Part shown: piece after piece, positions 48,520 through 57,907 of the stretch
Position numbering within the stretch: the first letter of the stretch is position 1
How the letters are laid out: each line of letters starts with the position of its first letter
Assembly (NCBI GenBank): GCA_044228165.1
Contig: JBGAVK010000009.1
Span: forward strand, 2,998-66,997
DNA: 64,000 bases
Origin: Pyrinomonadaceae bacterium
GTDB lineage: Bacteria; Acidobacteriota; Blastocatellia; Pyrinomonadales; Pyrinomonadaceae
Direction: 5' to 3'
Made by a program: the position numbers and the translations under genes
Notes under the pieces: model-generated
The model's database searches: none
The model's input: the letters and a program-made list of their open reading frames with translations, nothing else
Told to the model about the DNA's origin: nothing

Positions 48520-49482
48520 ATGCACACAACGGTGTTTACGATCATTGCGGCCTTGTGTATTTCCTGCACCGGCATTTCCCGAACTGCAGAGCCCGAGGCA
48601 GAAAACAAAGTATCGCGGGTCAACGAAAATTCCTATGTCTGGACCAAGGTCTTAGACGAAGGCCCTTGGAAGAAGAGCTACAATTTCGATATGTTTGCGA
48701 TTGATGACCGGCTCTGGGTCTTTCATGCGGATGGTAATTGGTTCAGTACGGATGGCAAGAACTGGACGAAGTCGTCGCTTCCAAACTCGATCTACAACCT
48801 CGCCTTTCTGGATTATGTTTATTTTAAGGACGCGATGTACGGCCTCGGATATTTCAACGGAAATATCGAACGGTTCACATTCAAACCTAATATTTACCGT
48901 TCTCGCGATCTGACAAAATGGGAAACGATCACCAGCGGTAGCAATTTACCTTTGCGTTACTTTTACCATCCATTTGTTTTTCAGGACAAGGTCTGGATTA
49001 TTGGAGGCGAGTACAAGAACGAGAAATTCCACGATATCTGGAATTCTCCAGACGGCATTGTATGGACAAAACAGAAGGACGGATTTCCGTTCGGGGACCA
49101 AGGCGGACAGGTCGTGAACTTTAAAGGAAAATTGTACATGCTTGCAAATGACGTGTGGAGTTCAGAAGACGGTTTGAATTGGGAGTTGGTGACGAGTGAG
49201 ATCGTAAAGGGTGAAAAAATATTCGGCTATGCCCCGGTCGTTTATGACAATAAGATCTGGCTGTTGGGCTGTAATCGAAACGGACAATTCTCCAGTCAGG
49301 TGCTCGTGAGCTCAGACGGCAAGACCTGGGAAGGCGAAAGCGCTCCGTGGACACCTCGCGGTGGAATAGCGGCAGCGGTTTTTAATAACAGGATCTACAT
49401 GACGGGAGGAAAGTATGGCGGAACGGCCAACCAGCCGGATTTTAGATACAGCAATGACCTTTGGACCTTGAGTAAGAAATGA
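48520..49482 (+). CDS. lipoprotein with a Kelch/BNR-like beta-propeller
   Basis: Lipobox AALCISC. Repeated SxDGxxW motifs (STDGKNW, SPDGIVW, SEDGLNW, SSDGKTW) and GG doublets (IIGG, MTGG). It starts 2 nt after the Ubl stop. Confidence 0.7.
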   Translation: MHTTVFTIIAALCISCTGISRTAEPEAENKVSRVNENSYVWTKVLDEGPWKKSYNFDMFAIDDRLWVFHADGNWFSTDGKNWTKSSLPNSIYNLAFLDYVYFKDAMYGLGYFNGNIERFTFKPNIYRSRDLTKWETITSGSNLPLRYFYHPFVFQDKVWIIGGEYKNEKFHDIWNSPDGIVWTKQKDGFPFGDQGGQVVNFKGKLYMLANDVWSSEDGLNWELVTSEIVKGEKIFGYAPVVYDNKIWLLGCNRNGQFSSQVLVSSDGKTWEGESAPWTPRGGIAAAVFNNRIYMTGGKYGGTANQPDFRYSNDLWTLSKK

Positions 49483-49547
49483 TCTGCTGACAGTAAAAAT
49501 GAGTATGCTTGAAAGTTCCGAACTCAAACCTTTTGGATGATCGCAAA

Positions 49548-50138
49548 ATGTTAGTACCGAACAAAGTTGTTGACGGGATCAAAGAGGGCCGGATCAGCCT
49601 CATCTTCCGCCGTTGGAAAAAATTGGGTGTAAAAGCCGGCGGCACACAGATGACGCAACGCGGAGTGTTGGCCATAGATGGAGTCGATGTCGTGACGGAG
49701 AAACAGATAACTGAGAACGACGCTAAAGCCGCGGGGTTCGGCTCGAAACAGGATCTATTGGCCCAGCTTTACGAACGCAAAGGCGAGATCACCGAGATCT
49801 ACCGCATAGCTGTTCGCTACGCAGGTGAAGACCCGCGAATGGAACTTCGCCAACAAGCCGATCTCTCAGCCGACGAGATCGCCGACATTATCGCCAAGCT
49901 TCGCAAACTGGACGCCGGCAGCCAACGCGGAAACTGGACGCAGCTTTATCTGCAAATGATACACGACCAGCCGAATACTCATGCTGCCATTCTTGCCGAG
50001 CAGCTCGGTCTCGACATACCGCGATTCAAACCGTGGGTTCGCAAACTTAAGGCGCTTGGTTTGACCGAAAGCCTCCGGCCCGGATATCGTTTGTCTCCGC
50101 GTGGGCGGACCGTGCTGGACGCAATGCGCCGTAAATAA
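49548..50138 (+). CDS. hypothetical protein (ASCH/PUA-like N-terminus and winged-helix-like C-terminus)
   Basis: Likely start ATG 49548. The domain guesses rest only on sequence character (GIKEGRISLIFRRWKK; C-terminal KALGLTESLRPGYRLSPRG). Confidence 0.45.
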   Translation: MLVPNKVVDGIKEGRISLIFRRWKKLGVKAGGTQMTQRGVLAIDGVDVVTEKQITENDAKAAGFGSKQDLLAQLYERKGEITEIYRIAVRYAGEDPRMELRQQADLSADEIADIIAKLRKLDAGSQRGNWTQLYLQMIHDQPNTHAAILAEQLGLDIPRFKPWVRKLKALGLTESLRPGYRLSPRGRTVLDAMRRK

Positions 50139-50173
50139 AACCTAATTCGCAACCGACATTTTAGGAGGAAAGT

Positions 50174-51784
50174 ATGTCGCCAATCATCAAAAAAGTGCTC
50201 AAGTGGTCAGGCTTGGCCATTGCCGTGATCGTGCTTATCGCCATCGGGCTCGGTATTTACGTTTACTCGATCATCCCGAAACCGATCGGTGAAAAGCCGA
50301 TATTGCAGGCCGAGCTCTTCAACAAGCCAGCAACTGAGTTTCCGGTAGCAGGTAAGTTCATCTACAAGTCAGCTGGTGAACTTGCGGCAATGATCAAGAA
50401 CAAACAGGCGTCGTCGACAGAGATAGTCCAGGAACATATCAACTTCATCAAGAACAACAACTACAAGACGAATGCCTTTGTATGGCTGTTCGAACAAGAT
50501 GCCCTTGATGCCGCGAAGAAGGCTGACGAAAAGGTCGCCCGTGGCGAGCCGCTCGGGCTGTTGCATGGCGTGCCCGTCAGCATCAAGGAAGAGTTCGCCG
50601 TCAAAGGCAAGCCGTTCACCTGGAACGCCGAGATGTTTCAGGGAGTTGTGGCACAGAAAAACTCAGGCGTTGTAGACGCAATGACCAATGAAGGGGCGAT
50701 CATTTTGGGTACGACGAATGTGCCGAAGATGCTTTTTGACGTTCAGACATTCGGCGAGATCTACCCAACTGCGAACAACCCATACGACCTCACGCGAACT
50801 CCCGGCGGCAGCACAGGCGGCGGTGCAGCGGGTGTCGCTTTGGGCTTTTCGCCAATAGCGATTGGCGGCGATTTTGGCGGGAGCATTCGCATTCCGGCGG
50901 CCAATTGCGGCCTTTACGGTCTCAAAACGACGGACGGCAGTATGACGGATTTCGGCGGTTCGCCCGGCGAACCCGGAAACGCAAAATATCGCCGAATGAT
51001 GGTCGCCGGCCCGATCGCACGAACTGTCGATGACATCGATCTCGCTTGGAACACAATTATGTCGAAATGGCCTGATCAAAAGGCCAAGATGCTCGAACCG
51101 AAATCCGATCTTAAGGACTATAGGGTCGCCTATCTCGACGAGTGGAAATTCGGCAATGACAAGATGCTCGTCAGCAATGAGATCAAGGCAGCTCTAAAAA
51201 AATTCACAGAAACTCTCAATTCAAACAACGTTTCTGTCACCAACGACCAGCCCGCAAATTTTGACAAGATGGTCGCTATGCATCGGCTTTTGGCAATTTA
51301 TGTGGTGCTTGAGAAAGTGCCTTGGATATTCAGGCAGTTGGTGATTCGAGATTGGGCCACCTCGGATAATCACCGCATCGATCTTTCCGAGGTCTATGAT
51401 CGGATGTCCGACATGGACGGCGCAAAATACGACGACATCCTAACGCGTCACGATGCTTTAAGAGATCAATTGGAAGCATTCTTTACAAAATACGACCTCC
51501 TGATATTGCCAGTCACGAGCACCGCGGCCATCAAACATAACCCTGAACATACGCCGATCTCCGTAGACGGCACGAACGTGGATTACTGGGACAATTTTCT
51601 CTATCCGGTCGTTTTCAATGCGACCGGGCATCCGGCATTGACGATACCGCTAGAGCTAAATGCTGAGGGCCTGCCGATCGCTGTCCAGATCGTCGGCCCG
51701 ATGAACTCGGAAAAACGATTGATCAAATTCGCAAAACTGATAGAACCGCTGCATAACGGTTTCGTGAAGCCCGGAGCGAAGTAG
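50174..51784 (+). CDS. amidase-signature family enzyme with an N-terminal TM anchor
   Basis: Preceded by AGGAGG. It has an N-terminal TM helix and the GGSTGGGAAGVA signature region; 536 aa. Confidence 0.88.
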   Translation: MSPIIKKVLKWSGLAIAVIVLIAIGLGIYVYSIIPKPIGEKPILQAELFNKPATEFPVAGKFIYKSAGELAAMIKNKQASSTEIVQEHINFIKNNNYKTNAFVWLFEQDALDAAKKADEKVARGEPLGLLHGVPVSIKEEFAVKGKPFTWNAEMFQGVVAQKNSGVVDAMTNEGAIILGTTNVPKMLFDVQTFGEIYPTANNPYDLTRTPGGSTGGGAAGVALGFSPIAIGGDFGGSIRIPAANCGLYGLKTTDGSMTDFGGSPGEPGNAKYRRMMVAGPIARTVDDIDLAWNTIMSKWPDQKAKMLEPKSDLKDYRVAYLDEWKFGNDKMLVSNEIKAALKKFTETLNSNNVSVTNDQPANFDKMVAMHRLLAIYVVLEKVPWIFRQLVIRDWATSDNHRIDLSEVYDRMSDMDGAKYDDILTRHDALRDQLEAFFTKYDLLILPVTSTAAIKHNPEHTPISVDGTNVDYWDNFLYPVVFNATGHPALTIPLELNAEGLPIAVQIVGPMNSEKRLIKFAKLIEPLHNGFVKPGAK

Positions 51785-51798
51785 AATAGCTCTTTTGA

Positions 51799-52980
51799 TC
51801 AATACAGCAAGAACGGCTTGCGGTCGTCTTGAAATATGGAAAGGCCGGGAGCCCAACCGGCCTCGATCTCAGCGAGCGAGACGCCGCTTTCGATCTGCTT
51901 GCGGATCTTGTCGGTACCGCAAACGACATCAAATGGGTTTATATCGAAGACGTATTCGTACGCGTCGCGCTTCCATTCGAATTTGTCCGTGTAGAGATCG
52001 TAGGCGGTTTTGATCATTGCTATACCTACGATGACCGGCGTGAATGCTTCACGGTCGGTGACGTGGATCTGAATTCCACCGCATGTGCGGCCAGCCCATT
52101 TCTGGAACGTCGGGCGAAAGAAGACGTGACGGATCTTAACGCCCTCAAATCCACATCTATCCAGTTCCGAAACCCACGCATAGGGATCGATAAACGGCGC
52201 TCCATTGAGTTCGAACGGTTTGGTAGTGCCTCGCCCTTCGCTAAGTTCCGTGCCTTCGACGTGAACGGTCGCGGGAAATACAACGCAAGTATCGACCGTC
52301 GGGATATTCGGTGACGGCAATATCCATTGCAAACCGGTCTCATCGCCCCACATCTCGCGGCTCCAGCCTTCCATCTCGACGACCTCAAGGTCACAGCCAA
52401 TGCCAAAATGATCGTTGAACATCTTGGCAAGCTCTCCGATAGTCATGCCGTGGCGCGTAGGCAGTTCGAACTGGCCGACGAATGATTTGAATTCATGCTC
52501 GGTTATGTTGCCTTCGATAGCGTTGCCGTTTATCGGATTTGGCCGGTCGCAGACGACAACCTTTTTGCCGAACTTCTTCGCCGCCCGCATGCAGTTCGCC
52601 ATCGTGTAAACGAACGTGTAAATGCGGCAGCCGACATCCTGCAGATCGATAACAAAGGTGTCGATATCTCTGACCATTTCCTCTGTCGGAACGCGGGTTT
52701 CGCTATAAAGCGAATAGACCATTTTACCCGTTCGCTCATCGACGGCGTGAGGGGTCTCGATCATATTGTCCTGCAGATCGCCGCGGATGCCGTGTTGCGG
52801 GCCGAACAGTGTGGTCAGTTCGAAAGCATCACTCTCGTGAAACGCGTCGGCGGCATGTACGAAAGTCTCAGGTAACACAGATGCCTGATTGCAAACGAGG
52901 CCGATCCGCTGTCCGCGAACGAGGCCGATCTTTTCATCCAATAACCGCTCAATGCCGAGACGGATTCTCTTTATGTTCAT
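51799..52980 (-). CDS. DUF1343 / NamZ-like exo-beta-N-acetylmuramidase family protein
   Basis: RIGLVCNQASV...LFGPQHGIRGD. Likely start ATG 52980. Confidence 0.78.
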   Translation of the reverse strand: MNIKRIRLGIERLLDEKIGLVRGQRIGLVCNQASVLPETFVHAADAFHESDAFELTTLFGPQHGIRGDLQDNMIETPHAVDERTGKMVYSLYSETRVPTEEMVRDIDTFVIDLQDVGCRIYTFVYTMANCMRAAKKFGKKVVVCDRPNPINGNAIEGNITEHEFKSFVGQFELPTRHGMTIGELAKMFNDHFGIGCDLEVVEMEGWSREMWGDETGLQWILPSPNIPTVDTCVVFPATVHVEGTELSEGRGTTKPFELNGAPFIDPYAWVSELDRCGFEGVKIRHVFFRPTFQKWAGRTCGGIQIHVTDREAFTPVIVGIAMIKTAYDLYTDKFEWKRDAYEYVFDINPFDVVCGTDKIRKQIESGVSLAEIEAGWAPGLSIFQDDRKPFLLY

Positions 52981-53047
52981 ATTCCTGACAAAATAATAGC
53001 CCAAGCAATGAGCAAGGGCTATTTTCTAAATTGAGATATTTAGTGTC

Positions 53048-53377
53048 CTACGCTTCGACGGTTTCCGCATCCGGAGCATTTTTCTTTACGGACTCGATGC
53101 CGTTTTCCATCGAGGCCTCTGACTCGTACATCTCGCTTTTGCCGATGACCTGTCCATTGCTCGCCTTCAGATTAAAATACGGTTTTCCGTTTGACGAAAC
53201 TTTACGTTCATAGCGGGCATCGTCGCCGGCGTTCTTCGAGACCGAAGCTATACCGTTCTCGGCAGCTGACTTTGATTCATACATCTCGCTTGAGAGGATG
53301 ATCTGACCGTTGCCGGCCTTTAGATTGAAATGATATTTTCCGTTGCTCGAAACTTTAAGTTCAAATTTTCCTGCCAT
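53048..53377 (-). CDS. YegP-family protein (two DUF1508 repeats)
   Basis: Internal duplication: KYHFNLKAGNGQIILSSEMYESKSAAENGIASV and KPYFNLKASNGQVIGKSEMYESEASMENGIESV. Confidence 0.85.
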   Translation of the reverse strand: MAGKFELKVSSNGKYHFNLKAGNGQIILSSEMYESKSAAENGIASVSKNAGDDARYERKVSSNGKPYFNLKASNGQVIGKSEMYESEASMENGIESVKKNAPDAETVEA

Positions 53378-53417
53378 TTTAGTGTCTCCTTATAATAAAT
53401 CCTAGAAATACGTCTCT

Positions 53418-53443
53418 AAAAAAATTGCCGCCTAAATTGCGGC
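53418..53443 (-). terminator. rho-independent terminator of the 53480-53959 gene
   Basis: On the minus strand, GCCGC-AATTTAG-GCGGC is followed by AATTTTTTT. It is preceded by a CGCAGGCTAACCTGTGCG hairpin related to the sdh spacer repeat. Confidence 0.55.
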
Positions 53444-53479
53444 TAAAATATCGCACAGGTTAGCCTGCGCTGCAACTAA

Positions 53480-53959
53480 TTATTCGAGAAAATCATGCGG
53501 CATATCGCGAGGTTCGAGATTATTTCGAACGATAACCCGGGCGCAGCCATTCCACCGCAATATGGCGTCGTCATTACCGGCGGGCCGCATCGCCTCGGCC
53601 GTCTCAAAACAATCCATCGCCTGCCGGAAAAGCTCGAAAGCTCCTATTCCGTTTTTAGCCAGGATCGCCTTTGCGCGGCGCTCGTACATGATTCCCGTAT
53701 AATAGGTCCGCTCATAGTCGCCCTTGATACGTGTGATGTATTCGGTAATGCGGGCGTCGCCGATAGCGTAGTCTTTGCCAAACCGGTCGCTCATAGCGAG
53801 CACAATATTTTTGAGCGCTTCTTGATTTTCCGGGTCGGTCTCGAGAATGTCGAGATAGATACTCTCGGCAGCACCGGGTTCATTGAGCAGACGATAGCGG
53901 TTCGCCTTTTCCAGCGCCGCCGGTATTGCGTCCTGATGCAGAGGTTTTAGTTCGAACAT
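53480..53959 (-). CDS. hypothetical helical-repeat protein
   Basis: Likely start ATG 53959 (MFELKPLHQD). TPR-like composition. No family recognised. Confidence 0.55.
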   Translation of the reverse strand: MFELKPLHQDAIPAALEKANRYRLLNEPGAAESIYLDILETDPENQEALKNIVLAMSDRFGKDYAIGDARITEYITRIKGDYERTYYTGIMYERRAKAILAKNGIGAFELFRQAMDCFETAEAMRPAGNDDAILRWNGCARVIVRNNLEPRDMPHDFLE

Positions 53960-53966
53960 GGCTGTA

Positions 53967-54251
53967 TTATTTCTCGACGCCGAGGGCAGCGACGGCCCGT
54001 TCATTTCGCCGCCAGTTTACAAATCCCATTATCAACCCAAACAGTGTGCCGTGCAAGATGAACCGGACCCATGTCATCGAGTCAACAAAATACTGTCCGA
54101 ACGTCTGGGCATCGCCGGGAAAAAGAAAATACCCCACGACCTGAAGGATCACCGCAAACGGCCCGCCTGCTATCAGAATGCCGTCGATCAGAAGAAATCG
54201 CAACAGCCCCCGTTCGCGCTTTTCTTTCCATTGATCTACCGTGTAACTCAT
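53967..54251 (-). CDS. small membrane protein downstream of sdhB
   Basis: 94 aa with 2 to 3 hydrophobic helices. The start overlaps the sdhB stop by 4 nt. Confidence 0.45.
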   Translation of the reverse strand: MSYTVDQWKEKRERGLLRFLLIDGILIAGGPFAVILQVVGYFLFPGDAQTFGQYFVDSMTWVRFILHGTLFGLIMGFVNWRRNERAVAALGVEK

Positions 54252-54991
54252 TTTTTCCTGAACAGCTTGACCAGCTTTTTAAGCGGGTCGTAATGCTCGT
54301 CAACGACCCGTTCCTTTAACGGAATGATAGCATTATCAGTGATCGTAATACCTTCAGGACATACCTTTGTACAGCATTTTGTGATGTTGCAATAGCCGAT
54401 GCCGAAAAGATCTTTGAGGGCTTCGGTCCGGTTCTCAGTATCGAGCGGGTGCATCTCGAGTGCCGCGGAATAAACAAGAAATCGCGGCCCGATGAACTCG
54501 TCATGTTTAGCGTGATCGCGGAGCACATGGCAAACGTCCTGACATAGGTAACACTCGATACACTTGCGAAATTCCTGAACACGATCGACATCTTCCTGCT
54601 GCATTCGCCAGGTGCCGTCCTCGGCATCCGGCTTGCGAGGCTTGAATTTCTTGATGCGTTTTTTTACGTCGTAATTCCAACTGACGTCTGTGATCAGGTC
54701 TTTGATGGGCGGGAAAGCCCGTATCGGTTCTATCGTGACCGGTTTGTCGAGCGGAATCGTATCGAGCCGTGTCATGCACATCAGCTTTGGCATGCCGTTG
54801 ATCTCGGCTGAACAAGAACCGCATTTGCCGGCTTTGCAGTTCCAGCGGCAAGCGAGGTCGCTCGCCGATTCGGCCTGGATCTGATGGACCGCGTCGAGCA
54901 CGACCATGCCTTCGGTGACCTCGGTCTGGTAATCGACCATCTCACCGCCCTCGCGTCCGCCGCGTCTGATACTAAACGTTGCTTTCTTCAT
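54248..54991 (-). CDS. sdhB: succinate dehydrogenase/fumarate reductase iron-sulfur subunit
   Basis: Cys clusters CRWNCKAGKCGSC, CIECYLCQDVC and CTKVCP. Confidence 0.93.
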   Translation of the reverse strand: MKKATFSIRRGGREGGEMVDYQTEVTEGMVVLDAVHQIQAESASDLACRWNCKAGKCGSCSAEINGMPKLMCMTRLDTIPLDKPVTIEPIRAFPPIKDLITDVSWNYDVKKRIKKFKPRKPDAEDGTWRMQQEDVDRVQEFRKCIECYLCQDVCHVLRDHAKHDEFIGPRFLVYSAALEMHPLDTENRTEALKDLFGIGYCNITKCCTKVCPEGITITDNAIIPLKERVVDEHYDPLKKLVKLFRKK

Positions 54992-54992
54992 A

Positions 54993-55055
54993 GTCGGAAC
55001 GCAGGCTGCTAGCCTGCGTGTGCCGGAAACACAGGCTAGCAGCCTGCGTTCCGAC
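54993..55055. repeat. perfect 24-bp inverted repeat (15-nt loop) filling the sdhA-sdhB spacer
   Basis: GTCGGAACGCAGGCTGCTAGCCTG (54993-55016) is the exact reverse complement of 55032-55055. Each arm is also internally palindromic. Confidence 0.9.
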
Positions 55056-55056
55056 G

Positions 55057-56865
55057 TCAGCCCATTTCTTCGATCACCGCTTTCAGTTCTGCCGGCATTT
55101 CCGGGATCGGAACCTTTGAGATCTCCATTCCGCCATCCGCACTCTTTTTGAGAGAATAATTGAACTTCGCAAATTCCGGGTCTTTCGCCGGAAAATCGTC
55201 ACGAAAATGGCCGCCGCGGCTTTCTTTGCGTTCTATCGCCGCCCGGGCGATCGCTTCGCTGACGATCAAGAGATTATGCAAATCGAGCGCCGTGTGCCAC
55301 CCGGGGTTAAAATCAACGTTGCCGGGCACGAATGTCCGAGCGGAACGGTTTCTAAGTATATCGAGTCCATTGAGAGCTTCGATCATCTCGTCCTGCATGC
55401 GGACTATACCGACGTTCGCCTGCATCAATTCCTGCAGGTCATGCTGGATAGCGTACGGGTTTTCGCCGCCTTCGCGCTCGAAAGGTTCCAGTGCGGTTTT
55501 TGCAGCCTGTTCGATCTGTTCGTTGTTGATAGTGCCGTGTGGGTTCTCCTTGGCAAAGATCGCGGCATACTCGCCGGCCCGCTTGCCGAAAACAATAAGG
55601 TCACTGAGCGAATTACCGCCGAGCCGGTTAGCACCGTTTATACCGGCCGCACATTCGCCCGCCGCAAAGAGGCCGGGAACGGTCGATGCCTGCGTGTCGG
55701 CGTCGACGCGGATGCCGCCCATCACGTAATGCGTCGTCGGGCCGACTTCCATCGGCGTGGTAGTGATATCGAGATTAGCGAGCTGTTTGAACTGGTGATA
55801 CATACTCGGCAACTTCTTTTTAATGTGCTCGGGTGCGTTCTGGATCTTTTCCTTGATCCAGGCGATGTCGAGGAACACGCCGCCGTGCGGCGAGCCGCGT
55901 CCGGCCTTTACCTCGCGAACGATACAGCGGGCTACGTGGTCACGAGTGAGCAGCTCCGGCGGGCGGCGGGCGTTCTTGTCACCGGTCACATAACGCCAGC
56001 CTTCTTCTTCGTTGTCGGCGGTCTGCTCTTTGTAGTTGTCAGGGATGTCGTCAAACATAAATCGTTTGCCTTCACTGTTGAGCAAAATCCCGCCTTCGCC
56101 GCGAACGCCTTCGGTTACGAGAATGCCGCGAACCGACGGCGGCCAGACCATGCCGGTCGGATGGAATTGCAAAAATTCCATATCGATCAGTTCGGCTCCC
56201 GCGTCGTAGGCGAGAGCGTGGCCGTCGCCTGTGCCTTCCCACGAATTTGAAGTGATCTTGTACGCGCGGCCAACGCCGCCCGTCGCGAGGATCACTGCCT
56301 TTCCTTTGAAGATGCGAAAACGTCCGTGCTCACGTTCGTAGGCGAGACACCCGATGACGCGGTCACCGTCCTTGAGCAATGTCAGGACCGTAACCTCCAT
56401 ATAGACCTCGATGCCCTGATGGATGCCGTGATCCTGCAACGTCCTGATGAGTTCTAAACCTGTTCGGTCGCCTACGTGAGCGAGCCGCGGATACCGGTGG
56501 CCGCCAAAGTTTCGCTGCAATATCTTGCCGTCTTTCGTGCGATCAAAAACGGCTCCCCAAGCCTCGAGTTCTCTTACACGATCGGGCGCTTCTTTGGCGT
56601 GAAGCTCAGCCATTCGCCAATTGTTGACGTACTGTCCGCCGCGCATCGTGTCGGCAAAATGCACCTTCCAATTGTCCCGATCATCGACGTTGCCCATCGC
56701 CGCCGCCATGCCGCCTTCTGCCATCACTGTGTGCGCTTTGCCAAGCAGAGACTTGCAGATCAGCCCGACGCTGACACCGGCAGCCGACGCCTCGATCGCC
56801 GCCCGAAGCCCGGCACCACCTGCTCCGATGACAATAACGTCGTGTTCGAATATTGGGTAATCCAT
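55057..56865 (-). CDS. sdhA: succinate dehydrogenase/fumarate reductase flavoprotein subunit
   Basis: 602 aa with FAD-binding VIVIGAGGAGLRAA and the HPTG motif. It has a conserved capping domain and C-terminal domain. Confidence 0.95.
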   Translation of the reverse strand: MDYPIFEHDVIVIGAGGAGLRAAIEASAAGVSVGLICKSLLGKAHTVMAEGGMAAAMGNVDDRDNWKVHFADTMRGGQYVNNWRMAELHAKEAPDRVRELEAWGAVFDRTKDGKILQRNFGGHRYPRLAHVGDRTGLELIRTLQDHGIHQGIEVYMEVTVLTLLKDGDRVIGCLAYEREHGRFRIFKGKAVILATGGVGRAYKITSNSWEGTGDGHALAYDAGAELIDMEFLQFHPTGMVWPPSVRGILVTEGVRGEGGILLNSEGKRFMFDDIPDNYKEQTADNEEEGWRYVTGDKNARRPPELLTRDHVARCIVREVKAGRGSPHGGVFLDIAWIKEKIQNAPEHIKKKLPSMYHQFKQLANLDITTTPMEVGPTTHYVMGGIRVDADTQASTVPGLFAAGECAAGINGANRLGGNSLSDLIVFGKRAGEYAAIFAKENPHGTINNEQIEQAAKTALEPFEREGGENPYAIQHDLQELMQANVGIVRMQDEMIEALNGLDILRNRSARTFVPGNVDFNPGWHTALDLHNLLIVSEAIARAAIERKESRGGHFRDDFPAKDPEFAKFNYSLKKSADGGMEISKVPIPEMPAELKAVIEEMG

Positions 56866-56946
56866 CAGTTAATCTTTAACGCAGAAACGCCGTGACCGCA
56901 GAGCGACAAGTAAAAATTCTTTCCGCGCCCTTTGCGATCGCTACGC
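56866..56946 (-). repeat. CTCTGCG-type element, copy D, filling the sdhC-sdhA spacer
   Basis: The minus strand reads ...CGCTCTGCGGTCACGGCGTTTCTGCGTTAAAGATTAACTG followed by the ATG. Confidence 0.5.
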
Positions 56947-57762
56947 TTAAAACAGTCTGTAATCAGTCCACACTCCCATCGAGCACATGCGGACATAAAA
57001 GTCAGAAAAACCCACCCAAAACAGCGAGAACCACGCGAACATCATGTGGCGGGTGTTCAATTTGCTAACAAATTGGTAGATCTTAAATCGCGAAGCCCTT
57101 TTCGAAAGCTCGTCAAAACGGCCTCCGACCAGATGCCGCAGGCTGTGACATCCGAGCGTGTAAGAGCCGAGCAGTATGACATTCATCGTCAGCACGAGCG
57201 AACCAACACCGATACCAAAATGCCGTTTCCCGTCAGCGCCGAGAAAAAAATAACCGGTCACCGCGTCATAGAATAGTACGACGACGAAGATCAGAGCCAG
57301 ATACAAGAAATACCGGTGAACATTTTGCAAGATGAGCGGGAATTTACGCTCACCGCGGTAATTGTGACGGGGCTCACCGACCGCACAGGCGGGAGGATCG
57401 GCCCAAAACGCTTTGTAATAAGCGCCGCGATAGTAATAGCAGGTAAAACGAAACCCGCCGGGTGCCCACAGGATCAGCATCGCGGGCGTCATCATCAGAA
57501 ATTTAGGGATCCATGCCGGCCATGCACCGAGCCACGAATGTTCAGTGAGCGTCTGGCCGGCGGCTTCCCAAATTAGCGGGGAATACATGGGTGATAAATA
57601 CGGCCCGACCGAGTAATGCTGCCCTTGGAAGGCCGCCCACGTCGAATAAACGATAAACGCAGAAAACCCTAGGAAGGTAAGCAAAGGTGCAACCCACCAA
57701 GTGTCTTTGCGCATCGTCTCGCCGAATCCGCGTCGCGTTATCTGAACCAGATTTGCTGCCAT
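56947..57762 (-). CDS. sdhC: succinate dehydrogenase cytochrome b subunit (multi-TM, b558-type)
   Basis: 271 aa with about five TM helices and conserved His residues. It lies immediately upstream of sdhA. Confidence 0.78.
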   Translation of the reverse strand: MAANLVQITRRGFGETMRKDTWWVAPLLTFLGFSAFIVYSTWAAFQGQHYSVGPYLSPMYSPLIWEAAGQTLTEHSWLGAWPAWIPKFLMMTPAMLILWAPGGFRFTCYYYRGAYYKAFWADPPACAVGEPRHNYRGERKFPLILQNVHRYFLYLALIFVVVLFYDAVTGYFFLGADGKRHFGIGVGSLVLTMNVILLGSYTLGCHSLRHLVGGRFDELSKRASRFKIYQFVSKLNTRHMMFAWFSLFWVGFSDFYVRMCSMGVWTDYRLF

Positions 57763-57907
57763 ACGCCAGCTGATATCGTCCTTAAATTATTGCTTTGAAA
57801 ACAGATATTGTTTTACGCGAATTCACGATCTAAGTCAAATAAATCGCTGTTATCAATGGTTCAAAAGCAACTGATAGCTAGGGTTTGATAACTGCCTGTC
57901 GATCTTA

